Source: Candidatus Fervidifonticultor secundus
GTDB taxonomy: Bacteria; Sysuimicrobiota; Sysuimicrobiia; Sysuimicrobiales; Humicultoraceae
Assembly (NCBI GenBank): GCA_031459385.1
Contig: JAVKIP010000001.1
Span: 64,001 to 128,000 of the forward strand
Direction: 5' to 3'
Length of the DNA: 64,000 nt
Below, in pieces: positions 1-10,550 of this stretch (position 1 is the first letter of the stretch; each line of letters begins with the position of its first letter). The position numbers and the translations under genes are program-made. The notes below the pieces were generated by a model. The model saw only the letters and a list, made by a program, of their open reading frames with translations. It did not search any database and was not told the origin of the DNA.

Positions 1-621
1 CAGCGGGTGGGCGTGGCGCGGGCGCTGGCCGCCGACCCGCCGATCATGTTGATGGACGAGCCCTTCGGCGCCCTCGATCCCATCACGCGCGAGCGCCTGC
101 AGGCCGAGTTCCTGCGCATCCAGCACCGCCTGCGCAAGACGATCCTCTTCGTCACCCATGACCTGGCCGAGGCGTTCCGCATGGGCGACTACGTCTGCAT
201 TCTCAACGAGGGACAGGTGCGGCAGGTCGGCACGCCCGACGAGGTGCTGGCCCGGCCGGCCGGCGCGTTCGTCGCGGCGTTCCTGGGGACCAGTCGGGCG
301 TTGCGGCGGCTGGACCTCATTCGGGTGGAGACCGTGGTGCAGGAGGAGCCGGTGCGGGCCGGTGGGCGCGGGACGGGGCGGGACGGGACGACGGCACCTG
401 CGGAGCGCGAGGCTACCGGGGCGGTGCCTGCGGTGCCGCGCGATGCATCGCTCGCCGAGGCGTTGTCGGTGATGCTGGCAGAGGACGTCGCCACGCTGGC
501 CGTCACCGATGAAGGGGGGCGGGCGGTGGGAACCGTCTCGCTGGACGACATCCGGAGAGTCATGCGGACCGCCCCCGACGCGGGCGCGGGGCACGCCGGA
601 GTTGGTCAGCGCGGCAGCTGA
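1..621 (+). CDS. ABC ATP-binding protein, osmoprotectant (OpuA/ProV-like) with C-terminal CBS region; 5'-truncated by the window edge
   Basis: QRVGVARALAADPPIMLMDEPFGALDPITR (Walker B/D-loop), FVTHD H-loop, CBS-like C-terminus. Confidence 0.85.
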   Translation, partial: QRVGVARALAADPPIMLMDEPFGALDPITRERLQAEFLRIQHRLRKTILFVTHDLAEAFRMGDYVCILNEGQVRQVGTPDEVLARPAGAFVAAFLGTSRALRRLDLIRVETVVQEEPVRAGGRGTGRDGTTAPAEREATGAVPAVPRDASLAEALSVMLAEDVATLAVTDEGGRAVGTVSLDDIRRVMRTAPDAGAGHAGVGQRGS

Positions 622-1517
622 ATATCCTTCTGGCGGGGGTCGAGGGCGTCCCGCAGGCCGTCGCCCACCAGGTTGAACGCCAGCACGGTCAGCGAGATCA
701 TCACGCCTGGCGCGATGGCGATCTGCGGGTACGTCAGGATGAACGCACGGCCGTCGGCCAGCATGCCGCCCCATGACGGCGTGGGGGGCTGGGCGCCCAG
801 GCCCAGGAACGACAGCGCCGACTCCAGCAGGATGATGCCGCCGATGCCCAGGCTGGCGATGACGACGACCGGGCTCAGCACGTTGGGCACGATGTGCCGC
901 AGGATGATCCGCCCTACCCCGGCCCCGGCGGCCTGGGCGGCCAGCACGAACTCGCGTTCGCGCAGGCTCAGCACCTCGGCGCGCACGACCCGGGCATACT
1001 GCGCCCAGGTGGTGAGCCCGATGATCACGACCACCGTGACCAGGCTCGGCCCCAGCACCGCGGCCAGGGTGATCAGCAGCACCAGCAGCGGGTAGGCCAT
1101 GAGAGTGTCCACCAGGCGCGACAGCACTGCGTCGACGGCCCCGCCCAGGTAGCCCGCTGTCGCGCCTACGGCCACGCCGATCGCGACGGCGATGCCGGTG
1201 GCCAGCAGGCCGACGATCAGCGCCACCCGCGTCCCGTGGATGATGCGGCTCAGCACGTCGCGGCCGATGTGGTCGAAGCCCAGCGGGTGGCTCCATGAGG
1301 GCGGCGCGCCCCGCATGCCGCGGAAGACCTCCTGGTAGGGGTAGGGGGCGAAGACGTCCGGGGCCGCGGCCAGCACCAGCAGGATCAGGAGGAACCCCAG
1401 GCCGGCCACCCCTGGCCGGTAGCGCGTGAAGCGCCGCCAGCCGCGGTGCCACTCGGAGCGGCGTGCAGGCTCCAGGCGGGCCGGGGCCAGCGGGGCGACC
1501 GTGAGGTCCTCTCTCAC
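606..1517 (-). CDS. Peptide/nickel ABC permease, DppC/OppC-like
   Basis: HPLGFDHIGRDVLSR, EFVLAAQAAGA (EAA loop), FNLVGDGLRDALDP. Confidence 0.93.
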   Translation of the reverse strand: MREDLTVAPLAPARLEPARRSEWHRGWRRFTRYRPGVAGLGFLLILLVLAAAPDVFAPYPYQEVFRGMRGAPPSWSHPLGFDHIGRDVLSRIIHGTRVALIVGLLATGIAVAIGVAVGATAGYLGGAVDAVLSRLVDTLMAYPLLVLLITLAAVLGPSLVTVVVIIGLTTWAQYARVVRAEVLSLREREFVLAAQAAGAGVGRIILRHIVPNVLSPVVVIASLGIGGIILLESALSFLGLGAQPPTPSWGGMLADGRAFILTYPQIAIAPGVMISLTVLAFNLVGDGLRDALDPRQKDIQLPR

Positions 1518-1521
1518 TGCG

Positions 1522-2448
1522 TCACCGGATGCGGATGCGCGGGTCGACGATCCCGTAGACGAGATCGGTGACCAGGTTGCCCACCACTACCAGCACGCTC
1601 AGCAGCAGCACGATCGCCTGGACCACCTGGTAGTCGACCCGGTTGACGGACTCGATGAACAGCTGGCCCAACCCCGGCAGGGCAAACACCGTCTCGACCA
1701 CGATGGTCCCGCTCAGGATGAACGCCAGGCGGTAGCCGATGACGGTGATGATGGGCAGCAGGGCGTTGCGCACGGCGTGCCTGAGGATCACGCCGCGCTC
1801 CGGCAGGCCTTTGGCACGGGCCGTGCGGACGAAGTCCTCGCCCAGATTGTCCAGGACCGACGACCGCATCAGGCGCGCCAGGAGGGCCATCTGGCTGGAG
1901 ACGATCACCGCCACCGGGAGGACGTATCCCTGCCATCCGGGCAGCCCGAACGGTGGCAGCCAGCGCAGGACCAGCGAGAAGATCACGATGAGCATCAGCC
2001 CCACCCAGAAGTTGGGCAGGGCCACGCCGATGGTGGTGCTCACCATGATGGCGTAGTCGAACAGCGAGTAGCGCCGCACGGCGGCCACGATGCCGGCTGG
2101 CAGCGCCAGCGCCACGGACAGCGCGAAGGCCACCAGGTTGAGGGTGATGGTGACCGAGGCGGCCTCGGCGATCATGGTGCGTACCGGGACGCCGCTGCGG
2201 ACCACCGACTGGCCGAAGTCGCCACGGGCCATGTTGCCGATCCAGCGCAGGTACTGCTCGTGCAGCGGGCGGTCGAGGCCCCACTTGGCGCGGATCAGGT
2301 CGATCTGCTCCTGGGTGATCTGCGCTTCGCCGATCAGCAGCGAGATGGGGTCGCCGGGAATCAGGTGCAGCATGGCGAACGTGCCCACGCTGACCAGGAA
2401 GATGACGAGGAGGCCCTGCAGGAGCCGCGTGACGATATAGCGCTGCAC
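1522..2448 (-). CDS. Peptide/nickel ABC permease, DppB/OppB-like
   Basis: IPGDP, GLDRPL..QY, DFVRTARAKGL, HAVRNAL, DPRIR. Confidence 0.93.
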   Translation of the reverse strand: MQRYIVTRLLQGLLVIFLVSVGTFAMLHLIPGDPISLLIGEAQITQEQIDLIRAKWGLDRPLHEQYLRWIGNMARGDFGQSVVRSGVPVRTMIAEAASVTITLNLVAFALSVALALPAGIVAAVRRYSLFDYAIMVSTTIGVALPNFWVGLMLIVIFSLVLRWLPPFGLPGWQGYVLPVAVIVSSQMALLARLMRSSVLDNLGEDFVRTARAKGLPERGVILRHAVRNALLPIITVIGYRLAFILSGTIVVETVFALPGLGQLFIESVNRVDYQVVQAIVLLLSVLVVVGNLVTDLVYGIVDPRIRIR

Positions 2449-2483
2449 CTACGCGGTCCCGGTGCCAGACCCGGTGCGGGCGT

Positions 2484-4136
2484 CTACTCGATCCACCACT
2501 TGTAGGCCAGGCGGTAGAGGGCGGTGTCGCCCTGCAGGGCCGTGGTGGGCAGCCCTTTGATGCGTTTGGTGAAGATGTTGTACCAGTCCCAGTACATGAT
2601 GTACAGGAAAGGCACCTCTTCAGCCACGATGGCCTGGATCTCGTGGTAGATGCGGCGGCGCTGGCTGGTGGTGGTGGCCCGGAGTCCAGCGGCCAGCAGC
2701 TCGTCGACCCGCTGGTTCTTGAAGCGCGAGAAGTTGCGCGCCGCGTCGGACCGCAGCGTGTCGGAGGCGTCGGGCTCGCCGCCGGTGCCGCCGTAGGTCC
2801 AGTTGAACAGCGAGGCGTCCATCTCGCCCTTGGGCAGTTGCGCCAGGATGGTGGCCACCGGCCGCTCGACCAGCCGCATCTCGATGCCCACGGCGGCCAG
2901 GTCCTGCTGCGCCACCTCGGCCTCGGGCCGCCGCGCCCGGTCGCCCGTGATCGTCACGCAGGTGAACGAGGCCCGGCGCCCGTCCTTCACCCGCACGCCG
3001 CCGGGGCCCATGCGCCAGCCGGCCTCTTCCAGCAGCGCCCGGGCGCGCGCCGGGTCGTAGGGGTACTGCTTCACGTTGGGGTTGTACCAGGGCTGCAGGC
3101 TGGGCGCCAGGTTGGCCGTGGCCAGCACCGCGGTGCCGCGGAAGACGTCGTCGATCAGGCGCTGGCGGTCGATGGCGTGCATCATGGCCTGCCGGACGCG
3201 CTTGTCGGAGAGCACAGGATGCTCGTTGTTCAGCGGGAAGTGGTTCACGGCCAGGCTGGCGGTCTTGAAGACGGTGTAGTTCGGGTCGCCGGCGAAGCGC
3301 AGGTTGTCTTCGGCCAGCAGCGGCCACACTGCCGAGTCGGCCTGGCCGGTGCGCAGGGCGATGGCGCGGACCGAGGCCTCCGGCACGATGTCCTCGCGAA
3401 ACTGGTCGATGTGCGGGCGGCCGCGGAAGTGCTGGTCGAAGGCTTCCACCACGGTGTACTCCGCCGGCCGCCACTCCCGCAGCCGGAAGGCGCCGGTGCC
3501 GAGGGGCGCGCCTTTGTAGGTCTTCTCACCCACCCGGGCGTGGTAGTGCGCCGGCACGATGAACTGCGTGGCGACCCGCCGCAGGAAGGCCGCGTTGGGC
3601 TCCTTGAGCTGCACCACCACCGTGTACCGGTCGGGGACGGTGATTCGGTCGATCCCGGTGTACAGAGGCGCCTTGACGGTCCCGTTGGCGGGGTTGCCGT
3701 AGAACTCGTAGGTATACTTGACGTCTTCGGCGGTGAACTCCCTGCCGTCGTGGAACCGGACGCCCCGGCGGAGCTTGAAGGTGTACGTGAGGCCGTCGCC
3801 CGAAACCTGGTAGCTCTCGGCAAGGACCCGCTCCAGTACGAAGTGCTCGTTCACCTCGAGCAGGGCGTTGTGGATCTGGGTGATGATGGTCCGGTGCACG
3901 GTGGGGCCGTCGTCGTCAGGGCTCAGACTGGAGATCTCGTGGTGGCCGGTCACCCGGACGATCCCCCCGCGCCGCGGGCTGGGGGCGGCCGTGACGACCA
4001 CGGGGCGGCGGATCAGGACCGGCGCAGCGGTGGCAGCCCCCAGCAGCGCGGCCTGCTGGAGGAACGCGCGCCGGGTGGTCGTCGGCAGATCGCGGAGCGC
4101 CTTCTCGATCACCAGGGCGTCAGGTTCACGGGCCAT
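2484..4136 (-). CDS. Family 5 ABC solute-binding protein with Tat signal (paralog 2)
   Basis: GGAGG RBS before ATG 4136; TRRAFL twin-arginine motif; FHDGREFTAEDV; GTGAF. Confidence 0.9.
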   Translation of the reverse strand: MAREPDALVIEKALRDLPTTTRRAFLQQAALLGAATAAPVLIRRPVVVTAAPSPRRGGIVRVTGHHEISSLSPDDDGPTVHRTIITQIHNALLEVNEHFVLERVLAESYQVSGDGLTYTFKLRRGVRFHDGREFTAEDVKYTYEFYGNPANGTVKAPLYTGIDRITVPDRYTVVVQLKEPNAAFLRRVATQFIVPAHYHARVGEKTYKGAPLGTGAFRLREWRPAEYTVVEAFDQHFRGRPHIDQFREDIVPEASVRAIALRTGQADSAVWPLLAEDNLRFAGDPNYTVFKTASLAVNHFPLNNEHPVLSDKRVRQAMMHAIDRQRLIDDVFRGTAVLATANLAPSLQPWYNPNVKQYPYDPARARALLEEAGWRMGPGGVRVKDGRRASFTCVTITGDRARRPEAEVAQQDLAAVGIEMRLVERPVATILAQLPKGEMDASLFNWTYGGTGGEPDASDTLRSDAARNFSRFKNQRVDELLAAGLRATTTSQRRRIYHEIQAIVAEEVPFLYIMYWDWYNIFTKRIKGLPTTALQGDTALYRLAYKWWIE

Positions 4137-4214
4137 GGTCACGCCTCCTGCACTCGGGGGCGAGGTGTGCCCCATGTTTCGGCAGCCCCTGGCCGGCGTC
4201 CTCCGGGGGCCGCG

Positions 4215-5864
4215 CTACTCGATCCACCACCGGTAGGCGGTGGCGTAGATCGCGAATCCATCCTCCGGTTTGGAGGGCAGGCCCTTGATGCGCTTGGTGA
4301 AGACGTTGAACCAGTCCCAGTACATCATGTAGAGGACCGGGACGTCCTCCACGAAGATCCGCTGGACCTCCTGGTAGATCTTCTGGCGCGTCTTGGTATC
4401 GACCTCGCGCAGTCCCTGGGCCAGCAGCTCGTCCATACGCGGGTTACTGTACTGGGCGAAGTTGCGCACGGCCCCGGTACGCAGGGTGTTGGACGGGTCG
4501 GGCTCCAGCGCGCCGCTGTTGTACGTCCAGTTGAACAGCGACGCGTCCAGCTCGCCCTTGGGGAGCTGCGCCAGGATGGTGGCCACCGGGCGCTCGATGA
4601 TGCGCATCTCGATGCCCACGGCCGCCAGATCCTGCTGCACGATCTCCGCCTCGGGCCGCCGCGCGCGGTCGCCGGTGATGACCGCGCAGGTGAACGCCAG
4701 GCGCTGCCCGTCCTTGACCCGCACCCCCCCGGGGCCCGGGCGCCACCCGGCCTCTTCCAGCAGGACGCGGGCGCGGGCAGGGTCGTAGGGGTACTTCTTG
4801 AGAGTTCGGTCGTACCAGGTGCGCATCGACGGCGGGTAGATCGAGTCGGCGATGATGGCGGTCCCGCGGAAGACGTCGTCGATCAGGCGCTGCCGGTCGA
4901 TGGCGTGCATCATCGCCTGGCGCACACGCCGGTCGGCAAGTTGCGGTAGCTTGTTGTTGATGGGGAAGTGGTTGAGGCCGGTGCTCGAGGTGCGGAAGAC
5001 CGTGTAGTTGGGGTCGGCCTCGAAGCGCAGGTTGTCCTCGGCCAGCAACGGCCATGTGGCCGAGTCGGCGGTGCCGGTGCGCAGCGCGATGGCCCGCACC
5101 GAGGCCTCGGGCACGACGTCCTGCCGGAAGAAGTCGATGTGGGGGCGGCCGCGGAAGTGCTGGTCGAAGGCCTCGACGAGGGTGTACTCGGCCGGGCGCC
5201 ACTCCCGCAGCTTGAACGGGCCGGTGCCCATGGGCTGGCTCTTGTAGGCACGCTCGCCGATGCGGCTGTGGTACCTGGCGGGCAGGATGAACGTCGTGGC
5301 GGTCTGCACCAGGAACGGCGCGAACGGTTCCTTCATCTTCACGATGACGGTGTAGCGGTCGGGCAGCTCCACGCGATCGACGGCGCGGAAGTAGATGGCG
5401 TCGTTGGACGCGTTGGCCGGGTTCATATGGTACTCGAAGGTGTACTTGACGTCCTCGCCGGTGAACTCGCTGCCGTCGTGGAACTTCACCCCCCGGCGGA
5501 GGCGGAACCGGTACTGCAGACCGTCTCTGGCTACCTCGTAGTGCTCGCACAGCACCTTTTCCAGCACCAGGTAGGGGTTGGCTTCGATCAGGGCGTTGTG
5601 GATCTGCGTGACCATGACCCAGTGGACCGATGGTGCGTCGTCCTGCGGGCTCAGGCTCGCCACTTCCTGGTGGCCCATGACGCGGACGGTGCCGCCCCGC
5701 CTGGAGCTGGGGGCGGCCTCGACGATCAGCGGGTGTCGGACGAAGACCGGGACGGCGGCGCCTGCCCCGAGGACCGCGGCCTGCCGGAGGAACGCGCGGC
5801 GCGTGGTCGAGGGCAGGTCGCGGAGGATCTTCTCGATGGTGACCTCGTCGGGTTGCCGACCCAT
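4215..5864 (-). CDS. Family 5 ABC solute-binding protein with Tat signal (paralog 1)
   Basis: GGGAGG RBS before ATG 5864; TRRAFL; FHDGSEFTGEDV; GTGPF. The ORF-track extension to 6653 runs through the T-box and is spurious. Confidence 0.9.
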   Translation of the reverse strand: MGRQPDEVTIEKILRDLPSTTRRAFLRQAAVLGAGAAVPVFVRHPLIVEAAPSSRRGGTVRVMGHQEVASLSPQDDAPSVHWVMVTQIHNALIEANPYLVLEKVLCEHYEVARDGLQYRFRLRRGVKFHDGSEFTGEDVKYTFEYHMNPANASNDAIYFRAVDRVELPDRYTVIVKMKEPFAPFLVQTATTFILPARYHSRIGERAYKSQPMGTGPFKLREWRPAEYTLVEAFDQHFRGRPHIDFFRQDVVPEASVRAIALRTGTADSATWPLLAEDNLRFEADPNYTVFRTSSTGLNHFPINNKLPQLADRRVRQAMMHAIDRQRLIDDVFRGTAIIADSIYPPSMRTWYDRTLKKYPYDPARARVLLEEAGWRPGPGGVRVKDGQRLAFTCAVITGDRARRPEAEIVQQDLAAVGIEMRIIERPVATILAQLPKGELDASLFNWTYNSGALEPDPSNTLRTGAVRNFAQYSNPRMDELLAQGLREVDTKTRQKIYQEVQRIFVEDVPVLYMMYWDWFNVFTKRIKGLPSKPEDGFAIYATAYRWWIE

Positions 5865-6085
5865 GTGTGGCGCCTCCCACGTGGTGACCTTGCCGGGTGC
5901 TTCGGCGCGTCCCGGGGTGACCTCCTGCGCAGCCGCGCAGGCGGCGCGAGGCGCTGCGCTCGACCGAAGGTCGGCGTCGCGGCTAGCCCACGAGAGGCCT
6001 GATCGCCCGCAGGATCTCCGTCGCGATCCGCTGTGGGTGAGGGGACCGTGGATCGAAGCGCGCCCCCCGAAGCGCGCCGGCCCGC

Positions 6086-6115
6086 TTGCCCGGCGCGGGC
6101 AGCCTGTGGTATAGT
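6086..6115 (+). promoter_or_regulatory. Sigma70-type promoter of the aroF-trp operon
   Basis: TTGCCC (6086-6091), 18 bp spacer, TG-extended TATAGT (6110-6115), immediately upstream of the T-box. Confidence 0.65.
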
Positions 6116-6129
6116 CCGTGGCACTAACC

Positions 6130-6506
6130 GCAGAGGCCGAAGATCGGGAAGAGTACCCGTTCGGCGTGGCTCCCCGATGGGGCACCGGTGGCGCCGCCAG
6201 GGCGCCCGGGTGGGAGAGAGCCGCGTGGCGGTGGGAGCGCGGTAGCCGCGGGACGGCGAATGGACCCGGGAGGCGCGGGGTGAAGGTGCGCAGATGGGGT
6301 TTGGTGCCGGCATGACAACCGACGGGTCGCAGCCGGCGCCGGTCCGCGCGCGGCAGTAGCCTCGCCGGCGGCTCCCCCGGTACGGGAGCGCGAAGCGCCG
6401 GGCGGCCCTGGCCGGCAACGTGGCTGTCGGCGAGGGCGCACGGAACTCGGGTGGCACCGCGGGAGATCACCTCTCGTCCCTTGAGGGCGAGAGGTGTCTG
6501 TGTTTT
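6130..6506 (+). ncRNA. T-box riboswitch with Trp (UGG) specifier
   Basis: GAAGA..GGGAAGAGTA (5' stem I), AGAGAG bulge 6215-6220, GGTGGGA apical loop, GAA-TGG-A specifier 6261-6263, AACTCGGG-TGGCACC-GCG T-box 6452-6458, terminator follows. Confidence 0.92.
6468..6506 (+). terminator. T-box attenuator terminator
   Basis: CACCTCTCGTCCC-TTGA-GGGCGAGAGGTG hairpin then TCTGTGTTTT; its 5' arm can alternatively pair with the T-box sequence. Confidence 0.8.
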
Positions 6507-6566
6507 CGAGGGGGGGATCGCGATGGACGGGGGGTTCGCGCGGCGCGCACAAGAGGTGGGGACGGC

Positions 6567-7586
6567 ATGATCATCGTCATGGAGCCTGGGGCCACCGACG
6601 GCCACGTCACAGGCGTTGTCGAGCGCGTGAAGGCCGCGGGCCTCACCACCCACATCTCGGTGGGCGTGGCGCGCACCGTCATCGGCGTGGTCGGCGACGA
6701 CCGCACCAAGGAGATGCTGCGCGAGGCGCTGGAGGGCATGCCGGGCGTCGAGCGGGTCGTGGCGATCCTGCAGCCGTTCAAGCTGGTGAGCCGCGAGTTC
6801 CAGCCCGAGGACACCATCGTGCGGGTGCGCGGGCAGAGCATCGGCAGCGCCAGGGTCGCCGTGATCGCCGGGCCGTGCTCGGTGGAGAGCCGCGAGCAGA
6901 TCCTGAGCACGGCCGAGGCGGTGAAGGCGGCCGGCGCGGGGTTCCTGCGCGGTGGCGCGTTCAAGCCGCGTACATCACCCTACTCCTTCCAGGGGATGGA
7001 GGAAGAGGGTCTCCAGCTCCTGGCCGAGGCCCGGGCCCGGACCGGGCTGCCGGTGGTGACCGAGGCGATGGACGCGGCCCAGCTCGAGCTGGTGGCCCGC
7101 TACGCCGACGTCGTCCAGATCGGTGCACGCAACATGCAGAACTACCCGCTGCTGCGCGAGGCGGGCCGGATGAAGCTGCCGGTGCTGCTCAAGCGTGGCG
7201 TCAGCGCCACCATCGAAGAGTTCCTGCTGGCGGCCGAGTACATCCTGAACGAAGGCAACTACCAGGTGGTGTTGTGCGAGCGCGGGATCCGCGGCTTCAA
7301 CTCCCACACGCGCTACACCCTGGACCTCTCCGCCGTGCCGGTGCTCAAGCGGCTGTCGCACCTGCCCGTGATCGTGGACCCCAGCCACGGCACGGGCAAG
7401 TGGCGCTACGTGGGCTCCATGGCACGGGCTGCCGTGGCCGCGGGCGCGGACGGGCTGATGATCGAGGTGCACCCCGATCCGGCCAACGCGCTGAGCGACG
7501 GCCCGCAGTCGTTGAACCTCGAGAACTTCGCGGACCTGATGGGCAGTCTGCGCCCCCTGGCGGCCGCGGTGGGCCGGGTGCTGTGA
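6567..7586 (+). CDS. aroF: DAHP synthase type I-beta with N-terminal regulatory domain
   Basis: [56 protein letters not shown]. Confidence 0.95.
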   Translation: MIIVMEPGATDGHVTGVVERVKAAGLTTHISVGVARTVIGVVGDDRTKEMLREALEGMPGVERVVAILQPFKLVSREFQPEDTIVRVRGQSIGSARVAVIAGPCSVESREQILSTAEAVKAAGAGFLRGGAFKPRTSPYSFQGMEEEGLQLLAEARARTGLPVVTEAMDAAQLELVARYADVVQIGARNMQNYPLLREAGRMKLPVLLKRGVSATIEEFLLAAEYILNEGNYQVVLCERGIRGFNSHTRYTLDLSAVPVLKRLSHLPVIVDPSHGTGKWRYVGSMARAAVAAGADGLMIEVHPDPANALSDGPQSLNLENFADLMGSLRPLAAAVGRVL

Positions 7587-8446
7587 TGGCGGGGGGCGTC
7601 GAGGTTGCCGGGGTGGAGGCGCCCGGGTCATTTCCCCGCACCGCGGCGGTGGTCGGGCTGGGCCTGATCGGCGGCTCGCTGGCCCTGCGCCTGCGCGCGT
7701 GCGGCGTTGCGGTCATCGGCATCGATACCGACCCGGCGACCCTGGCGGCGGCGCGGGCGCGCGGTGCGGCCGATCTCTTCACCGACGCGGTGGCGGCGGC
7801 CGGCGACGCCGACCTGGTCATCGTGGCCGTGCCCCTGGAACAGATCGTGCCGGTAGCCCGGGCGGCGGCACGGGCCATGCGGCGCGGGGCGGTGCTGACC
7901 GACGCAGGCAGCGTCAAGGCCAGGATCGTGGCTGCCCTGAGCCGGGACCTGCCGGCGGGGGTCCACTTCGTCGGCGGGCATCCCATGGCCGGCAGCGAAC
8001 GCCGCGGCATCGCCGGGGCCGACCCCGCGCTGCTGGACGGGCGGCCGTTCGTGCTGACACCGACGGCCGGCACGGCGCCGGAAGCCGTGGACCTGCTGCG
8101 CGGCGTGATTATCCGACTGGGGATGCGGCCGGTGCTGCTCGACCCGATCCAGCACGACGAGCTCGTGGCGCAGGTCAGCCACCTCCCGTATCTGGTGAGC
8201 GTGGCGCTGGATCGGGCCGCGGCCGACGACGCCCGCGTGGTGGCGGGGCCGGCGTACGCCGACATGACCCGTATCGCGCGCAGCCCGGCGGCGCTGTGGG
8301 CGGCGGTCTGCCGGGACAACCGGGAAGCGATCCTGCGGGCGCTGGCACGGTTCGAGGCCGAGCTGGCGCGCCTGCGGCGTGCGCTGGAGGGGGATGCCGT
8401 GCACGAGGTGCTGCCCGCCGACGAGGAGGTCCGCGCGCGGCCATGA
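7586..8446 (+). CDS. tyrA: Prephenate/arogenate dehydrogenase
   Basis: GLGLIGGSLA, DAGSVK, GGHPMAGSE, HD...SHLP; TGATG overlap with aroF. Confidence 0.92.
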   Translation: MAGGVEVAGVEAPGSFPRTAAVVGLGLIGGSLALRLRACGVAVIGIDTDPATLAAARARGAADLFTDAVAAAGDADLVIVAVPLEQIVPVARAAARAMRRGAVLTDAGSVKARIVAALSRDLPAGVHFVGGHPMAGSERRGIAGADPALLDGRPFVLTPTAGTAPEAVDLLRGVIIRLGMRPVLLDPIQHDELVAQVSHLPYLVSVALDRAAADDARVVAGPAYADMTRIARSPAALWAAVCRDNREAILRALARFEAELARLRRALEGDAVHEVLPADEEVRARP

Positions 8447-9944
8447 GCCGGCTGCCGATCGCGCCCAGCAAGTCCGAGTTCCTCAGCCGCGCCCGCGAGG
8501 GCAACCTGATCCCGGTCGTCTGCGACCTGATGGCCGACCTGGAGACGCCGATCTCGGCGTTCCTGAAGCTGCGTACCGGCGCCGACGCCTACCTCCTGGA
8601 GAGCGTGGAAGGCGGCGAGAAGCTCGGGCGCTACTCGTTCATCGGGGCCGAGCCGACGGTCCGTGTGCGCGCCTTCGGCCGGCAGGTCGAGGTGCAGGGG
8701 CCCGGTGAGGAGCGCGTCGTCGAGGCCGACCCGTTCGACGTGGCCCGCGACCTGCTGGGCCGCTACCGGCCTGTCCCGCACCCCGGCTTGCCCCGCTTCT
8801 CTGGCGGGGCGGTGGGGTACTTCGGCTACGACTGCGTGCGGCTGTGGGAGCGTCTGCCCGCCCCGCCGCCGGATCCGCTGGGGCTGCCGACGTGCTACCT
8901 GATCATCACCGACGCGGTCGTCATCTTCGACCACGTGGCGCACACGATGCGCCTGGTGGCCAACGCCCACGTGAACGGCAGCGCGGCCGAGGCGTACCGC
9001 GGGGCCGTGGAGACGATCGAGCGGCTGTACGAGCGGCTGCGCCGGCCCCTGGAGCCGCCGGAGGCGGCCGGCCGCGTGGAACCCGTCATGGAGCACGAGA
9101 TGACCGCGGCGCAGTTCCTCGACGCCGTGGCCCGCGCCCGCGAGTACGTCTGGGCGGGCGACATCTTCCAGGTGGTGCTGTCGCGGCGCTTCTCGGCCCG
9201 CATGCGCGGTGTGGACGCCCTGGACGTCTACCGGGCGCTGCGGGCCGTCAGCCCCGGCCCGTACATGTTCTTTCTGGACTTCGACGGCGTGAAGATCGCC
9301 GGCGCCTCGCCGGAGATGCTCGTGCGGCTGGAGGACGGCGTGGTGCAGACGCGGCCCCTGGCAGGCACGCGGCCCCGCGGCCTCACCGACGCCGAGGACC
9401 GGCAGCTGGAAGCCGAGTTGCTGGCCGACGAGAAGGAGCGGGCCGAGCACGTGATGCTGGTGGATCTGGGGCGCAACGACCTGGGCCGCGTCTGCCGCTA
9501 CGGGACGGTGGAGGTCACCGACCTGATGACCGTCGCGCGGTTCAGCCACGTGATGCACATCGCTAGCGACGTCCGGGGCCTGCTGGCCCCGGGGCGCGAT
9601 GCGTGGGATGTACTGCGCGCGTGCTTCCCGGCCGGAACCGTGTCCGGGGCGCCAAAGGTCCGCGCCATGGAGATCATCGACGAGCTCGAGCCGGTGGCTC
9701 GCGGGCCCTATGGCGGCGCGGTGGGCTACGTGAGCTACTCGGGGAACCTGGACACGGCCCTCGTGCTGCGCACCATCACCATGGCCCACGACCGGGCGTT
9801 CATCCACGCCGGTGCCGGGATCGTCGCCGACTCGGTGCCGGAGCACGAGTACGTCGAGACCGTCAACAAGGCCAAGGCGCTGGTGCGAGCCCTGGAACGC
9901 ACCGGGCGCGCGCGCCAGCCGCTGCTGCGGGCGGGGGATGCCGG

Positions 9945-9948
<4 letters not shown>
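8443..9948 (+). CDS. trpE: Anthranilate synthase component I
   Basis: [62 protein letters not shown] overlap. Confidence 0.96.

Positions 9949-10546
<598 letters not shown>

Positions 10547-10550
<4 letters not shown>

Noticed and set aside
2643..4949. 768-aa plus-strand ORF and many similar long antisense or alternate-frame ORFs (e.g. 7345-9846, 26288-28426, 41457-43532)
   Set aside because: Shadow ORFs expected in high-GC DNA; they overlap well-supported genes and have no recognisable motifs
5865..6653. 263-aa N-terminal extension of the SBP in the ORF track
   Set aside because: Runs antisense through the T-box, promoter and aroF start; the true start has an RBS at 5864 and matches the paralog
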